This document shows positions 21,797-33,703 of a DNA stretch of 64,000 nt, piece after piece. The notes beneath the pieces were generated by a model. The model ran no database searches. It worked only from the letters and a program-made list of their open reading frames with translations, and was not told the DNA's origin. The number at the start of each line of letters is the position of its first letter. Within the stretch, counting starts at the first letter, position 1. A program made the position numbers and the translations under genes. The DNA is from an uncultured delta proteobacterium (GTDB lineage Bacteria > Desulfobacterota > WTBG01 > CAIYCZ01): assembly GCA_963803975.1 (NCBI GenBank), contig CAWDOY010000054.1, forward strand, positions 1 to 64,000, read 5' to 3'.

Positions 21797-23147
21797 ATGG
21801 GAAAATTATTCGGCACTGATGGCATTCGCGGCGTGGCCAATGTTGAGCCCATGACCGCGGAAACAGCGCTGCAGGTCGGCCGGGCGGTTGCACACCTTTT
21901 TAAAAGAGCGGGCCACCGGGCTAAAATCGTCATTGGTAAGGATACGCGAATTTCAGGCTATATGCTTGAGGAAGCTATGGTGGCCGGCGTCTGTTCCATG
22001 GGCGGAGATGCCTATCTGCTCGGCCCGCTGCCCACGCCGGGCATTTCCATGATGACCCAGAGCCAGCGGGCTGATGCCGGCATTGTGATCTCGGCCTCCC
22101 ATAACCCGTTTCAGGACAACGGCATTAAAATTTTTGCCGGCAACGGGTTCAAGCTGCCCGATGAGAGGGAACACGAGCTTGAGGAGCTGATGGCAGGGCA
22201 GAAACTCTCCGGCCACCTCCCGGCACCGCATGATCTCGGCAAGGCCTACCGCGTCGACGATGCAGAGGGCCGCTACATTGTCTTTCTTAAAAACACCTTC
22301 CCCAAAGAGCTTTCCCTGGAAGGCATGAAACATAGTGCTGGACTGTGCCCATGGCGCCACCTACAAGGTCGCGCCCCATGTTTTCTGGGAGCTTGGGGCT
22401 GAGGTTCATTCCATCAATATAAGTCCGGACGGGTATAATATTAATCACAACTGCGGCTGCGCTGCATACGGCGATGCTTGCGGACGCAGTAATCAAGGAA
22501 AAGCAGCCCTCGGGCTTGCTTTTGATGGTGACGGGGACCGGCTGATTGCGGTTGATGAACAAGGCACGCGCATCACCGGCGATCAGATCGTAGCCCTGTG
22601 TGCCTGCAGCCTGCAAAAAGAAAGAAAGCTGAAAAACAGCACTGTGGTAACCACGGTCATGTCCAACTCAGGCTTAAGCATGGCATTTAAAGAGCTGGGC
22701 ATCAAGCATGTACGCTCGAACGTGGGGGACCGGTACGTGCTGGAAGACATGCTCGCTCACGGGGCAATACTGGGCGGTGAAGATTCAGGTCATATCATTT
22801 TTCTTGAACACCACACCACCGGTGACGGCATTATTTCGGGGCTGCAGCTGATTGCCGCCATGCTCAAAGAGGGAAAGCCGCTCTCAGAGCTTGCGGCCCT
22901 GGTACCGATAAACCCCCAGGTGCTGCTCAATGTGGATGTAAAAAGCACGCCTGACTTGCGCACGCTGCCGGAGGTTCAGACGGTGATAGACAGCATCGAG
23001 CGCGAGCTTGGCGATTCAGGCCGGGTGCTGGTGCGCTATTCCGGCACGCAGCAGCTCTGCCGGGTCATGGTGGAGGCACCCACCAAAGACATGACTGAGG
23101 GCTACTGCAAACGGATTGCTGATGTGGTGCAGAAACATCTTGGGTAA
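21797..23147 (+). CDS. glmM: Phosphoglucosamine mutase (frameshifted)
   Basis: [42 protein letters not shown]. Confidence 0.92.
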
Positions 23148-23300
23148 TGAACTCCCAGCACGAAATCCTGAATTCTCAAACAATACCAAATAAACAAAAG
23201 TAAAAATACAATTTAAGAAAACGAGCTTTACTCCGGGCATTTTTGATTTTGAAATTGTTTAGGGTTTAGAGCTTAGAATTTAAAATTTATTAATACCGGG

Positions 23301-24276
23301 ATGGCTGAAAAAATAAAAAAACAGACCTTATTACACGGAATGGCCAACAGGCTGGGCCTGGCATGCGGGAAGATAGCTATGGCCATCACCCCACGGCTGC
23401 CGGAGCAGTGGCTCCGGTCTATTGGCGCAGGCATGGGGAGAGCATTTTATGCCCTGGTCGGCAAATACCGTCGCAGAGGCCTGAAAAATCTTACCTATGC
23501 ATTTGGTACGGAACAAAGCAGTGCAGAACGGGACACCCTGCTGCGCACCTGCATGGAGGATATTGGAAAAAATTTCATGGACGTGATGCAGGCCTTCGGC
23601 CTTTCCGCTGAACAGCTGCGGCAGAAAATCGAGGTCGTGGGGGTGGAACATCTGGATCGAGCGCGGGCTGAAGGAAAGGGGGTCATTGCTTTCAGCGCGC
23701 ACCTGGGGAATTTTATTCTCATCGGGCCGCGCCTGATTGCCGACGGATACCCGTTTTCTGTCGTTGCCCGGGATCCGAAAGATCAGCGGATAGCACAGTT
23801 CTTCCGCCACATGCGGGAGCGCTTTGGGATAGGTTCAATCCCTGATAAGCCAAAGCGGGAGTGTATTGTTCAATGCCTGAAATGTCTCAGGGACAACGGC
23901 ATACTGTTCCTGCAGATAGATCAGAACGCGGCACCCGATGACCCGTGGGTGGAATTTTTCGGCTGGCTGGTGCCCACCTTTAAGGGCCCGGTGGTGTTCA
24001 GCCTGCGGACGGGAGCAGCCGGTGCTCCCGTTTTTTATGATCAGGCAGCCTGATAATCGTCTCAAGCTGATCATAGAACCGCCGGTTACCCTGGTGCAGG
24101 ATGCAGACAAGGAAGAAGAGATTAAAAAAAATGTTGCTCTTCTGACCCGGATAACCGAAGAACATATTCGCAGGTATCCTGAGCAGTGGTGGTGGCTGCA
24201 CCGGCGCTGGAAAAAGGCAAAAAAACCACCGTTAGAGAGCGGCACTGACCGGGTGCTGTTGACCGGCTCCGCCTGA
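23301..24276 (+). CDS. Lipid A late acyltransferase (LpxL/HtrB) family protein (frameshift near 24020)
   Basis: SAHLGNF, QIDQN, VEFFG, PEQWWWLHRRWK. Confidence 0.85.
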
Positions 24277-24389
24277 CCGGGATGGGTCAGCAATTTCTTG
24301 ACACGTGCATATGTAATATAATAAAAAGCTGGCTAACAATAGTCTGCTTTAAAAAGCGGGTACTGTCTTTCACTAGAGAGAAATATATC

Positions 24390-25345
24390 GTGAAATCTGA
24401 AGAAGAACCACTTCTGCAGGCCGAAAAAGATGCAGGAAGCACCGCCAAGCATTCTTCTCGTTGATGACGAAGAAGATGCCCGGATGACCCTTTCAGAACT
24501 TCTGGAAATGAAAGCAGTTCACGGTCACTGTCGCTGATACCGGGGAGAAAGCGCTCAAAATGCTTGAAGATACGCCTTTTGACCTGGTGCTCACTGATCT
24601 CTTCATGCCCCGCATTGACGGCATTGCCCTCACCCGGGCGATAAAATCAATGGGCCTGACCGGTGCCGGTCATTGTTATGACCGGGTTTGCCACCATAGA
24701 GGCTGCGGTTGAGACCATGAAGGCGGGCGCTGCCGATTTTATCACCAAGCCGTTCAATATTGACCAGATTATCATTGTCATCACCAGAACCCTTGAGACC
24801 AAACGGCTGCAGAAACTCGCGGAAGAGCGGGAATACTTTGAGCATCTCTCCAACATTGACGGGCTCACCGAGCTCTATAACCACCGCTACTTTCACCAGA
24901 TTCTCTTGACCGAGATTGAACGCGAAAAGCGCTACCGCCGCCCGCTTTCCCTGATGATAATCGATATTGATAATTTCAAGGCCTGCAATGACACCTATGG
25001 CCATCTCGTTGGTGACGTGGTGTTAAAGCAGATTGGTGCCTTAATAAAGAAATCGACCCGGGGATGCGATTTTGTCGCACGCTACGGAGGGGAAGAGTTT
25101 AGCCGTCATCCTGCCGGAGACCTCAAAGCAGGAGGCGGCGGTCGTGGCTGAACGTATCCGTTCATCGATTGAAGAGTTCTCTTTTTCCTCCTTTGCCGGA
25201 AAGCACATGGGACGATTAACGGTGACCATCGGCCTCGCATCACTGCCGGAAGATGCCCAGCGATAAAAGAGGGCTCATTGAAATGGCTGATCAGAAAATG
25301 TACCAGGGGAAGGATGCAGGCAAGAATCGGGTGTACACCTCGTAA
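24390..25345 (+). CDS. Receiver-domain diguanylate cyclase (several frameshifts)
   Basis: ILLVDDE and DLVLTDL receiver fragments, DGLTELYNHR, DIDNFK, ARYGGEEF, GKNRV. Confidence 0.85.
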
Positions 25346-25364
25346 CGCTTTGCCGTGAACGCTA

Positions 25365-27014
25365 TCAGGTGATATATTTGGCGGCAATAGGCATTCTTCT
25401 GCCCGTGCCAAAGGCTTTGTTGGTTATCTTAATGCCGGGAGGGGCCTGGCGCCGCTTGTATTCGTTCCGGTCAATTGCCCGCAGTACCCACCGCACCGTG
25501 TCTGCATCAAAGTTTCTTCGCAATAATATCCCGCTCAGAACAGCGCTCGTTCAAATAGAGGTTCACTATCTGGTCAAGGATTTCATAGGGCGGCAGCGTG
25601 TCCTGGTCGCACTGATCGGGCCGCAGCTCTGCTGAAGGGGGTTTTGCAATGCTTGCCTGCGGGATGACCTCTCCCCCGCGATTGATGAACTGTGCCAGGT
25701 CATAGACCATGGTTTTCGGCAGGTCGGAAATTACGCACAGGCCGCCGCTCATGTCACCGTAGAGGGTGCAATAGCCGACCGCCATCTCGCTTTTATTGCC
25801 GGTGGAGAGCAGCAGGTAGCCAAATTTGTTGGAGAGCGCCATCAGCATGTTGCCGCGAATCCGTGCCTGAATATTTTCTTCGGTTACATCCGGCTGTTTC
25901 CCGGCAAAGTGCTCATGCAGGGTATCAAGATAGGCGGCGTATACTTGAGAGATGGGAATGACCTTGAAATTGATCCCCAGGTTGTGAGCAAGGATGCGCG
26001 AGTCCTCCACGCTGCCCGTGGAAGAATAGACCGAGGGCATGGTAACGCCGAGAATATTTTCGCTGCCGATGGCTGCAGCAGCCAGGCAGGCGGTCACCGC
26101 CGAATCAATCCCGCCGGAAAGGCCCAGCAGCGCTTTGGAGAACCCGCATTTGCGCAGGTAATCGCGAATACCCAGGATAAGCCCCTTAGAGACGGTCTCA
26201 ATGCTCTCCTCGGGCACATAGGGGACTGCAGACGGCGGCGTTTTCGGTATCAATAATCAGCACCTTTTCTTCAAAGGACGGCAGGATGGCGGCGAGCTTT
26301 CCGGTGTTGCCGATAACCATGCTTCTGCCGTCAAAGATAAGCTCATCATTGCCGCCGACAAGATTTACAAAAACAAACGGGGTGTGATGCCGGACCGCAT
26401 GGCTGGTGATGAGCGTGTGCCGGAGCTTTTCTTTCCCCACATAAAAGGGCGATGCAGAGAGGTTTATGAAAAGGGTCGCTCCCTTTTCGGCCAGTATCTC
26501 CAGGGGGTCACAGGCATACGTTTGCGTGCGGCAGCACCTCAGGAACATTCCAGGCATCTTCACAGATGGAGATGCCGAGAATTTCATCCTTGAAGGCGCA
26601 GACGGAAATATCCTCGCCCGGGTCAAAGTAGCGGGTTTCATAGAACACGTCATAGGCGGGAAGGAGTGATTTGCACTGCCTGAAGATCTGCCGGCCCTCA
26701 TACATCAGGAGCGCTGCGTTATAGAGGCCGCGGCCGGTCTTTTTCCCGGTGGGGATGACGGTGCCGCAGAGGATTCCGGTACCCGGAAATCTCCGGGAGA
26801 GATTAAGAAGCGTGTGGATGCCTGCCTGCAGTTTTTCTATGAAGGCCGGCTGCTCAAGCAGATCAGTGGGCGGATAGCCGGAGAGAAACAGCTCGGGGAA
26901 CACCACCAGATCGGGCTTGTCCGGGGCTGCTGCAGACAGCGCCTGTTCAATCTTTGCCAGGTTTCCGTCTATATCACCGATGGTTGAATTGAGCTGAGCA
27001 ATCGCGATTTTCAT
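25365..27014 (-). CDS. nadE: Glutamine-dependent NAD+ synthetase (several frameshifts)
   Basis: Nitrilase domain [11 protein letters not shown] and [40 protein letters not shown]. Confidence 0.92.
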
Positions 27015-27412
27015 GGGTTAAAAGCCTGCACTATAGCGCTGCCTTCATAAGAAACAATTACCAACAGAATAATTAATATTATATAAAGCAATCCTTTGTC
27101 CAGTCATTAATTAACAGGACTTTCCCAAAATTAAGTCATAAAAAATCGGCAAACGGTATGACCGCGGTGAAAGACGGATAGAAGTGGAGCACGAGCGCAG
27201 GGGGGTTTAACGCCACAACAATATTCTTAGTGGCTTGCGTCACTACCCCGGCGGCGTGGTCATGCACGGGCAGGCAGCTTCAGAGCTTCGACAGGGAATG
27301 AATGGGGTCTCAGGAGAATCGCAGGCACCTACTGTTCCACGAAGATTAAGCGGTTTTGTGTGGAACCCCTGCGTCATAACGACAGCAATGGAAATTTTGG
27401 GAAGTCGATTAA

Positions 27413-29098
27413 TTAACCGTACGGTTTTTGCGTCTGCTCCCAGTCGCGTATGATGGCGAGCACTTCGCCGGCATCCGCGGCCGCATTGAGACTTTGAAGG
27501 AGATGGCGGCTTTGCGCTGCCCGGCTGGCAAGCGCCAGCACCTGAATCTGTTCATCAGGCTTCTGCGCCGGTGAGATGATAAGGAAGACACAGAGGATGG
27601 GTTTCTCGGTGGCAACATCCACCACTCCCTGGCCGGTCAAGCCGAGTGCCACGGTCGGCGCATCCAACCCTTCTATCCGCGCGTGAGGAAACGCCACCCC
27701 TTCATTGAAAAAGGTTGAGCTCTCCTGCTCCCGCTGCCACACTGCCTGGTAAATGGTGTCCCGGTCAAGCTCGCTGCAATCACGGCACAGGGCATCGACC
27801 AGATTTCTGATGACCTCTTCCTTGAATGCGGGCTCCTGCCAGATGAGAATCCTGTCTGCTGACAGGTAATTGCTCAGCGCCGGCTGCTGCATGGAGGCAG
27901 CGGCGGGCGGTTCTGCTACATTGGGTCGTTCTCCCGCCTCTGCAGCTGCTTTTTGCAGGGACAGCTGGCTGGTCCCGGTGTCAAGGATAACGACCGTAAT
28001 GCCCCGGGCGTTCCGGATGAGCTGTTCGCCAACACTTTTTTTCCCCAGGAGCTTTTGCCACCAGGGAAGAGGGGAAGAGGCGCCGATCACCATATGCCCG
28101 ACGCGGTACTCCCGGGCAAAGCGCAGCAGGGTGTCCGCGATATCCTCACCCTTATAGGTAAAGACCATGGCGCCGAGCTGCTTGGCAAGGGTCAGCGTTC
28201 CGGACAGCACGCGCTGGGTCTGGGCATCTATGGCGGTCGGCTCTTCCGAGGGGGTCTGAACATATACCGCGTACCAGTTGCGGTTCAGCTTTCCGGCCAG
28301 GCGCGATGCATAGCGCAGCAGCGCTTCGCTGTTAGGGCCCTGTGAGCTCAGGCATACCATGATCTGGTCAGGGGTGGGCGCGCTTTCCTCTTCCATTGGC
28401 TCGCGCCTGCGCAGGTCAATCTGGGAGGCGAGTTCCCGCAGGGTCAGTTCCCGCAGCTGCTCGAGATTAGACGGGATGAAGAAATTGCTGAGAGCGGTCT
28501 CGATGCGCTCCCGCGGGTATATTTTCCCTTCTTCCAGACGCTTGCGCAGATCTTCGGTTGTCAAATCCACATTCACAATCTGATCCGCTTCAGCAAGCAC
28601 CGTGTCCGGCATTCGCTCGCGCACCCGGACATGAACCGATTTTTCAACCGTGTCATAGAGGCTCTCCAGGTGCTGCACATTAACGGTGGTGATGACATGA
28701 ATGCCCGCGGCGAGAATATCCTCTACATCCTGGTAGCGTTTCGGGTTGCGGCTGCCGGGGACATTGGTGTGGGCCAGTTCATCAATGAGCGCAACCTGGG
28801 GTTTCCGGGCAATGATTGCATCAACATCCATCTCTTCAACCGTAATGCCGCGATACTCCTGCCGCAGCCGCGGGATTACTTCCAGGCCGTCAATCAGCCG
28901 TGCGGTTTCAGCGCGGCCATGGGTTTCCACCAGCCCGATAACGACATCGATGCCTTCTGCTTTAAGCCGGTGGCCTTCCTGAAGCATCTGAAAGGTTTTA
29001 CCCACCCCGGCACAGTACCCAAGGTAAACTTTCAGCCTTCCGCGCTGAGCGCGGCGGATGATTCTTAAAAATGAACCGGACCGCTGTTCTTCCAGCAT
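27413..29098 (-). CDS. kdpD: Soluble KdpD N-terminal domain + USP + PTS EIIA-type domain; no TM or kinase domain
   Basis: GYCAGVGKT, DELAHTN, NVQHLES, LRELTLRE; USP segment; C-terminal REQESSTFFNEGVAFPHARI. Confidence 0.85.
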   Translation of the reverse strand: MLEEQRSGSFLRIIRRAQRGRLKVYLGYCAGVGKTFQMLQEGHRLKAEGIDVVIGLVETHGRAETARLIDGLEVIPRLRQEYRGITVEEMDVDAIIARKPQVALIDELAHTNVPGSRNPKRYQDVEDILAAGIHVITTVNVQHLESLYDTVEKSVHVRVRERMPDTVLAEADQIVNVDLTTEDLRKRLEEGKIYPRERIETALSNFFIPSNLEQLRELTLRELASQIDLRRREPMEEESAPTPDQIMVCLSSQGPNSEALLRYASRLAGKLNRNWYAVYVQTPSEEPTAIDAQTQRVLSGTLTLAKQLGAMVFTYKGEDIADTLLRFAREYRVGHMVIGASSPLPWWQKLLGKKSVGEQLIRNARGITVVILDTGTSQLSLQKAAAEAGERPNVAEPPAAASMQQPALSNYLSADRILIWQEPAFKEEVIRNLVDALCRDCSELDRDTIYQAVWQREQESSTFFNEGVAFPHARIEGLDAPTVALGLTGQGVVDVATEKPILCVFLIISPAQKPDEQIQVLALASRAAQSRHLLQSLNAAADAGEVLAIIRDWEQTQKPYG

Positions 29099-29105
29099 TG
29101 GCAGC

Positions 29106-29694
29106 TCACATACTGTTGTCTAATGAAAGGTTCAGCATAAGCACATTGACCCGGGGCTCTCCCAGAACCCACAGATCGCGGCCCTCGGTGCAGGCTGCTA
29201 TTTTATCACGCACGGCCTGAACGCTTGCGCCGCGCGCTCCGGCAACGCGGGGTGCCTGCAAACGGGCATTCTTCAGGCTGATGTGGGGATCAAGCCCGCT
29301 GCCGGATGCAGTCACCGCATCAGCCGGCACTGCGGCATCAGGGCCGAGCCCGTTTTGAGTGCGATAGTCGGCAACGCGCTGCCTGATCGTATCGATTAAG
29401 GTTTTAGAAAGAGGCCCTGCATTGCTGCCGCCGGAACTGGCAGCATCATAACCCTGCCCCGCGGCAGACGGCCGCGGATGAAAATATTTTGCATCGTCAA
29501 AGCGCTGGGCAAGAAGAGCTCGAACCAACGATGACCCCCTTCCTGGTTACCAGTGAACCATTTGCTTCATGGTCAAAAAAGAGCTGGGCTGCAGTCCATA
29601 TGGTAAGCGGATAGAAGCCGCATAACAGCATTGCCAGGAACAGGGTGGCCAGTAATGAAATGCGCAGCTCAGCGATAAAGTTTTTCAATGGCAT
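29106..29694 (-). CDS. kdpC: K+-transporting ATPase subunit C (frameshifted)
   Basis: ANGSL, YFHPRPSA, DAVTASGSGLDPHIS, VNVLMLNL. Confidence 0.92.
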
Positions 29695-29704
29695 CTGTTT
29701 TCTC

Positions 29705-31728
29705 CTATACCAGGTGAAGAGCGGTTATCAGGACATCGATTATTTTTATGCCGATAAAAGGTGCCACCAGCCCGCCCAGACCGTACATAAGAAGGTTGCG
29801 CCGCAGCAGCATTGCGGCCCCGAGCGGCCGGAAGCGCACGCCGCGCAAGGCCAGCGGGATCAGGGCGATGATGATGAGCGCGTTAAAGATAACCGCGCTT
29901 AAGATTGCGCTGCCGGGAGACTGAAGCCGCATGATGTTGAGCGGCTGGATGACCGGGAATAAGATAATCAGCATTGCCGGAATAATCGCGAAATATTTTG
30001 CCACATCATTGGCGATGCTGAAGGTCGTCAAGGCCCCGCGGGTGATAAGCATCTGTTTTCCGATCTCGACAACTTCAAGAAGCTTGGTAGGGTTAGAGTC
30101 CAGATCCACCATGTTGCCTGCTTCCTTGGCTGCCTGGGTGCCGGTATTCATGGCCACCCCCACGTCAGCCTGGGCAAGGGCCGGCGCATCATTGGTGCCG
30201 TCCCCGGTCATGGCGACAAGATGCCCGGCGGCCTGCTCCCTGCGAATCAGCGCCAGCTTATCCTCGGGCCTGGCTTCGGCGATGAAATCATCGACTACCT
30301 GCTTCCTGCGCGATGGCAGCTGCGGTCAACCGGTTGTCTCCGGTAATCATAACGGTTTTAATGCCCATGGCGCGGAACCGGTCAAAGCGGTCTTTTAAGC
30401 CGCCTTTCACAATATCCTTAAGATGGATAACACCGAGGGCCCGGTCTGTATCAGCAACAACCAGCGGCGTGCCGCCGGAGCGTGCAATGGTGTCAACCGC
30501 CTGCTGAACCTCTGCCGGAAAAGCGCTGCCGACAAACTCGCTAATCGCATCAGCAGCACCTTTGCGGATTTGCCTGCCGTCTATATCAACCCCGCTCATC
30601 CGGGTTTGAGCAGTAGAAGGTAATGAATGCTGCATGGGGCATCTCGGAGATTGACCGGCCCCGGAGACCGTACTGTTTTGCAAGTACCACGATGCTCCTG
30701 CCTTCCGGTGTTTCATCAGCAAGAGATGCCAGTTGTGCTGCGTCTGCCAGTTCCTTAGCCGGTACCCCGGCAGCAGGAATAAATTCAGTTGCCTGACGAT
30801 CACCAAGAGTAATGGTTCCTGTTTTATCAAGGAGCAGCACATCGACATCTCCCGCTGCTTCAACGGCCCGGCCGCTCATCGCCAGCACATTTTTTTGCAC
30901 CATGCGGTCGATGCCGGCAATCCCGATCGCGCTTAGCAGTCCCCCGATGGTGGTGGGGATAAGGCACACGAGGAGCGCGACCAGCACGGTGATGGAAAAT
31001 GATGTTCCGGAATAAAGGCCGAAAATCTTCAGGGTCATAATCACAACCAGAAAGATGATTGTCAAAGCTGAAAGCAGAATGGTGAGGGCGATTTCATTCG
31101 GGGTCTTCTGCCGCTGCGCTCCTTCAACCAGGCTGATCATCCGGTCAAGAAAACTTTCTCCGGGATTTGCGGTGACACGTACTTTGATCCGGTCAGACAG
31201 GACCCGCGTCCCGCCGGTCACCGCACTGCGGTCACCGCCTGCTTCACGTATTACCGGAGCTGATTCACCGGTTATGGCTGATTCATCCACGGTGGCAATC
31301 CCTTCCAGTATTTCCCCGTCAGCCGGGATGACTTCCCCGGCAGAGATGAGCACCAGGTCATTTTTTCTCAGCTGCTCGGCAGCAACTTTTTCAGTCGAAC
31401 CATCAGCATTGAGGCGATTGGCAATTGTCCGGGTGCGCGTCTTGCGCAGTTCACTGGCCTGGGCTTTTCCCCGGCCTTCTGCCATTGCCTCGGCAAAATT
31501 GGCAAACAGCACGGTAAACCAGAGCCAGAGCGAAATCTGCAGGGTGAAACTGACCGGTTCATCCTGAACCCTGAAGAAAATAAAAAATGTGGTTATCGCT
31601 GCCCCCACTTCAGTGACAAACATCACCGGATTTTTCATCAGCGAACGAGGATTCAGTTTTTTAAACGATTCGGCCACTGCCGGGGCAATGATAGTGCGGT
31701 CAAAGAGAGAATGATGTCTTGCGGCCAC
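29705..31728 (-). CDS. kdpB: K+-transporting ATPase subunit B (two frameshifts)
   Basis: [36 protein letters not shown]. Confidence 0.95.
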
Positions 31729-31740
31729 AGAAAATCTCCT

Positions 31741-33480
31741 TTAATACAGAATGTTTGAGCCGGTCATGAGAAAATGTTCCACCAGCGGTCCCAGCGCAGA
31801 GAACCGGGAAGAAGGTGAGTGCGCCGACAATAAGCACTGTTCCAATCAGCATGGCCATAAAGGTAAAACCAGAGACGGGGAGGCTCCCTTCGCTTGCAGG
31901 GATTAGCTTCTTTTGTGCCAGGCTGCCTGCCAGGGCCAGTATGGGTATAATCATGAAAAACCTGCCCAGAAGCATTGCTATGCCCAGGGTTGTATTAAAC
32001 CAGGCAGTATTGGTGCCAAGCCCTGCAAAGGCACTGCCGTTATTGCCGGTCCCTGAAGAGTATGCGTACAGCAGCTCGCTCAGGCCGTGCGGGCCTTTAT
32101 TGGCAATCCCGGCCAGCCCCCAGGAACTGGCTGCTGCCCATGCGGTGAAGCCAAGGATGCTGAAGATTAAAATAAGCACGGTCAGGACACTCATCTTGAC
32201 ATCATAGGCCTCAATTTTTTTCCCGAGATATTCAGGGGTGCGCCCGACCATCAGGCCGCATAAAAAGACCGCCAGCACGACAAACACCAGCATCCCGTAG
32301 AGGCCGGACCCGACACCGCCGAAGACGATTTCGCCCAGCTGAATATTAAATAAAGGAACGAGCCCGCCCAGCGGGGTTAATGAGTCATGCATGGCATTAA
32401 CCGCTCCGCAGGAAGCGTCCGTGGTTATTGTGGCAAAAAGTGCTGAGTTGAAAATTCCAAAGCGCACTTCTTTTCCCTCCATGTTCCCGCCCAGAGGATC
32501 AACTCCCAACGCCTGCAGGCGCGGATTTCCCGCGGCTTCCGCCCACCAGCATACTAAAAAAGCCGCCAGGAAGAGCACCAGCATGGAGCCCCAGACAATC
32601 CATCCGTGGCGCTGATTTTTAACCATCCGGCCAAGATAATAGGTCAGTCCGCTGGGGATAAGAAAGATGGAGAGCATCTGGATAAAATTGGAAAGCGGTG
32701 TCGGGTTTTCAAAAGGGTGCGCCGCGTTGGCGTTCATGAACCCGCCGCCGTTGGTGCCGAGCATTTTGATTGCCACCTGGGATGCCATGGGCCCCTGGGC
32801 AATAATCTGGGTGTCGGCAGCATGGCCGTTAATGACAGTGTTTATAACAGCAGCCTTTGTGTAGGGCTGAAAATTTTGAATCATGCCCTGCGAAACCAGA
32901 AACAGGGAATAGATAAGGCACAGGGGAAGCAGCAGATAGAGATTTATCCTGATGATATCCACCCAGAAATTACCGATGGTTTTTGCGCTGTGACGCGCAA
33001 TGCCCCGCACCAGAGCGGCTGCCACGGCAATACCGGAGGCTGCTGAGAGAAAGTTGTGGAAGGTAAGCCCCACCATCTGTGAGAAATAGGACATGGTTGA
33101 CTCGCCCCCGTAACTTTGCCAGTTGGTATTGGTGGTAAAGCTGACTGCCGTATTAAACGCAAGGTCAGGGCTTACTGGTCCGAACCCCTGGGGATTAAGC
33201 GGCAGAAGATGCTGCAGGCGAAGAATCGCATAGGTGAAGAGCAGGCTGACCAGGCTGAAAAGGCAGAGCGAAACAGCATACTGCTTCCAGGTCTGTTCTA
33301 TTTTACCGTCTATGCCGGCCAGGCGATACAGCAGCCGTTCCAGCGGCCGCGCCACCGGGTCAAGAAACGTTTTACCATCAGCGTCAAGAACGCTCTTCAG
33401 GTAAACACCCATGGGCCTGGTGCAGGCCAGATAGGATTGCCGACAAACAGTGATGAGCTGAAGCCATCCATAACGTCCAT
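31741..33480 (-). CDS. kdpA: K+-transporting ATPase subunit A (frameshifts near both ends)
   Basis: SFTTNTNWQSY, GTNGGG, EGKEVRFG, GRTPEYLGKKI, NNGSAFAG. Confidence 0.95.
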
Positions 33481-33532
33481 GAAGAACTCTCCTGTTAAAA
33501 ATAGTATAAGCTGTCGGCTGACAGCTGTCAGC

Positions 33533-33616
33533 CTAAAATTTCTCCGGTTTAATAACCGAAGCAAACAGATACAGTATAAGAAGCACCCCGATTACGCCAA
33601 TAACGATCTCCAGCAT
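33533..33616 (-). CDS. kdpF: KdpF peptide (27 aa, absent from ORF track)
   Basis: MLEIVIGVIGVLLILYLFASVIKPEKF*, characteristic YL..PEKF end, upstream of kdpA. Confidence 0.9.
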   Translation of the reverse strand: MLEIVIGVIGVLLILYLFASVIKPEKF

Positions 33617-33619
33617 GAC

Positions 33620-33703
33620 TCATATCCTTTCACATGCCCATGCATAGAGGATGCTGAGGCAAAAAAAGAAGACGGGGATTAAAATATAGATTAAATCAAG
33701 CAT
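33620..33703 (-). CDS. Small hydrophobic membrane peptide upstream of kdpF (27 aa)
   Basis: MLDLIYILIPVFFFCLSILYAWACERI*, GGAGG ribosome-binding site, stop 3 nt before the kdpF ATG. Confidence 0.75.
   Translation of the reverse strand: MLDLIYILIPVFFFCLSILYAWACERI

Noticed and set aside
27140..27410. 6S RNA, c-di-AMP, cobalamin or NAD+ riboswitch, or retron ncRNA
   Set aside because: Only fragmentary motif resemblance, wrong order of conserved blocks and no RT nearby; kept as an unassigned candidate
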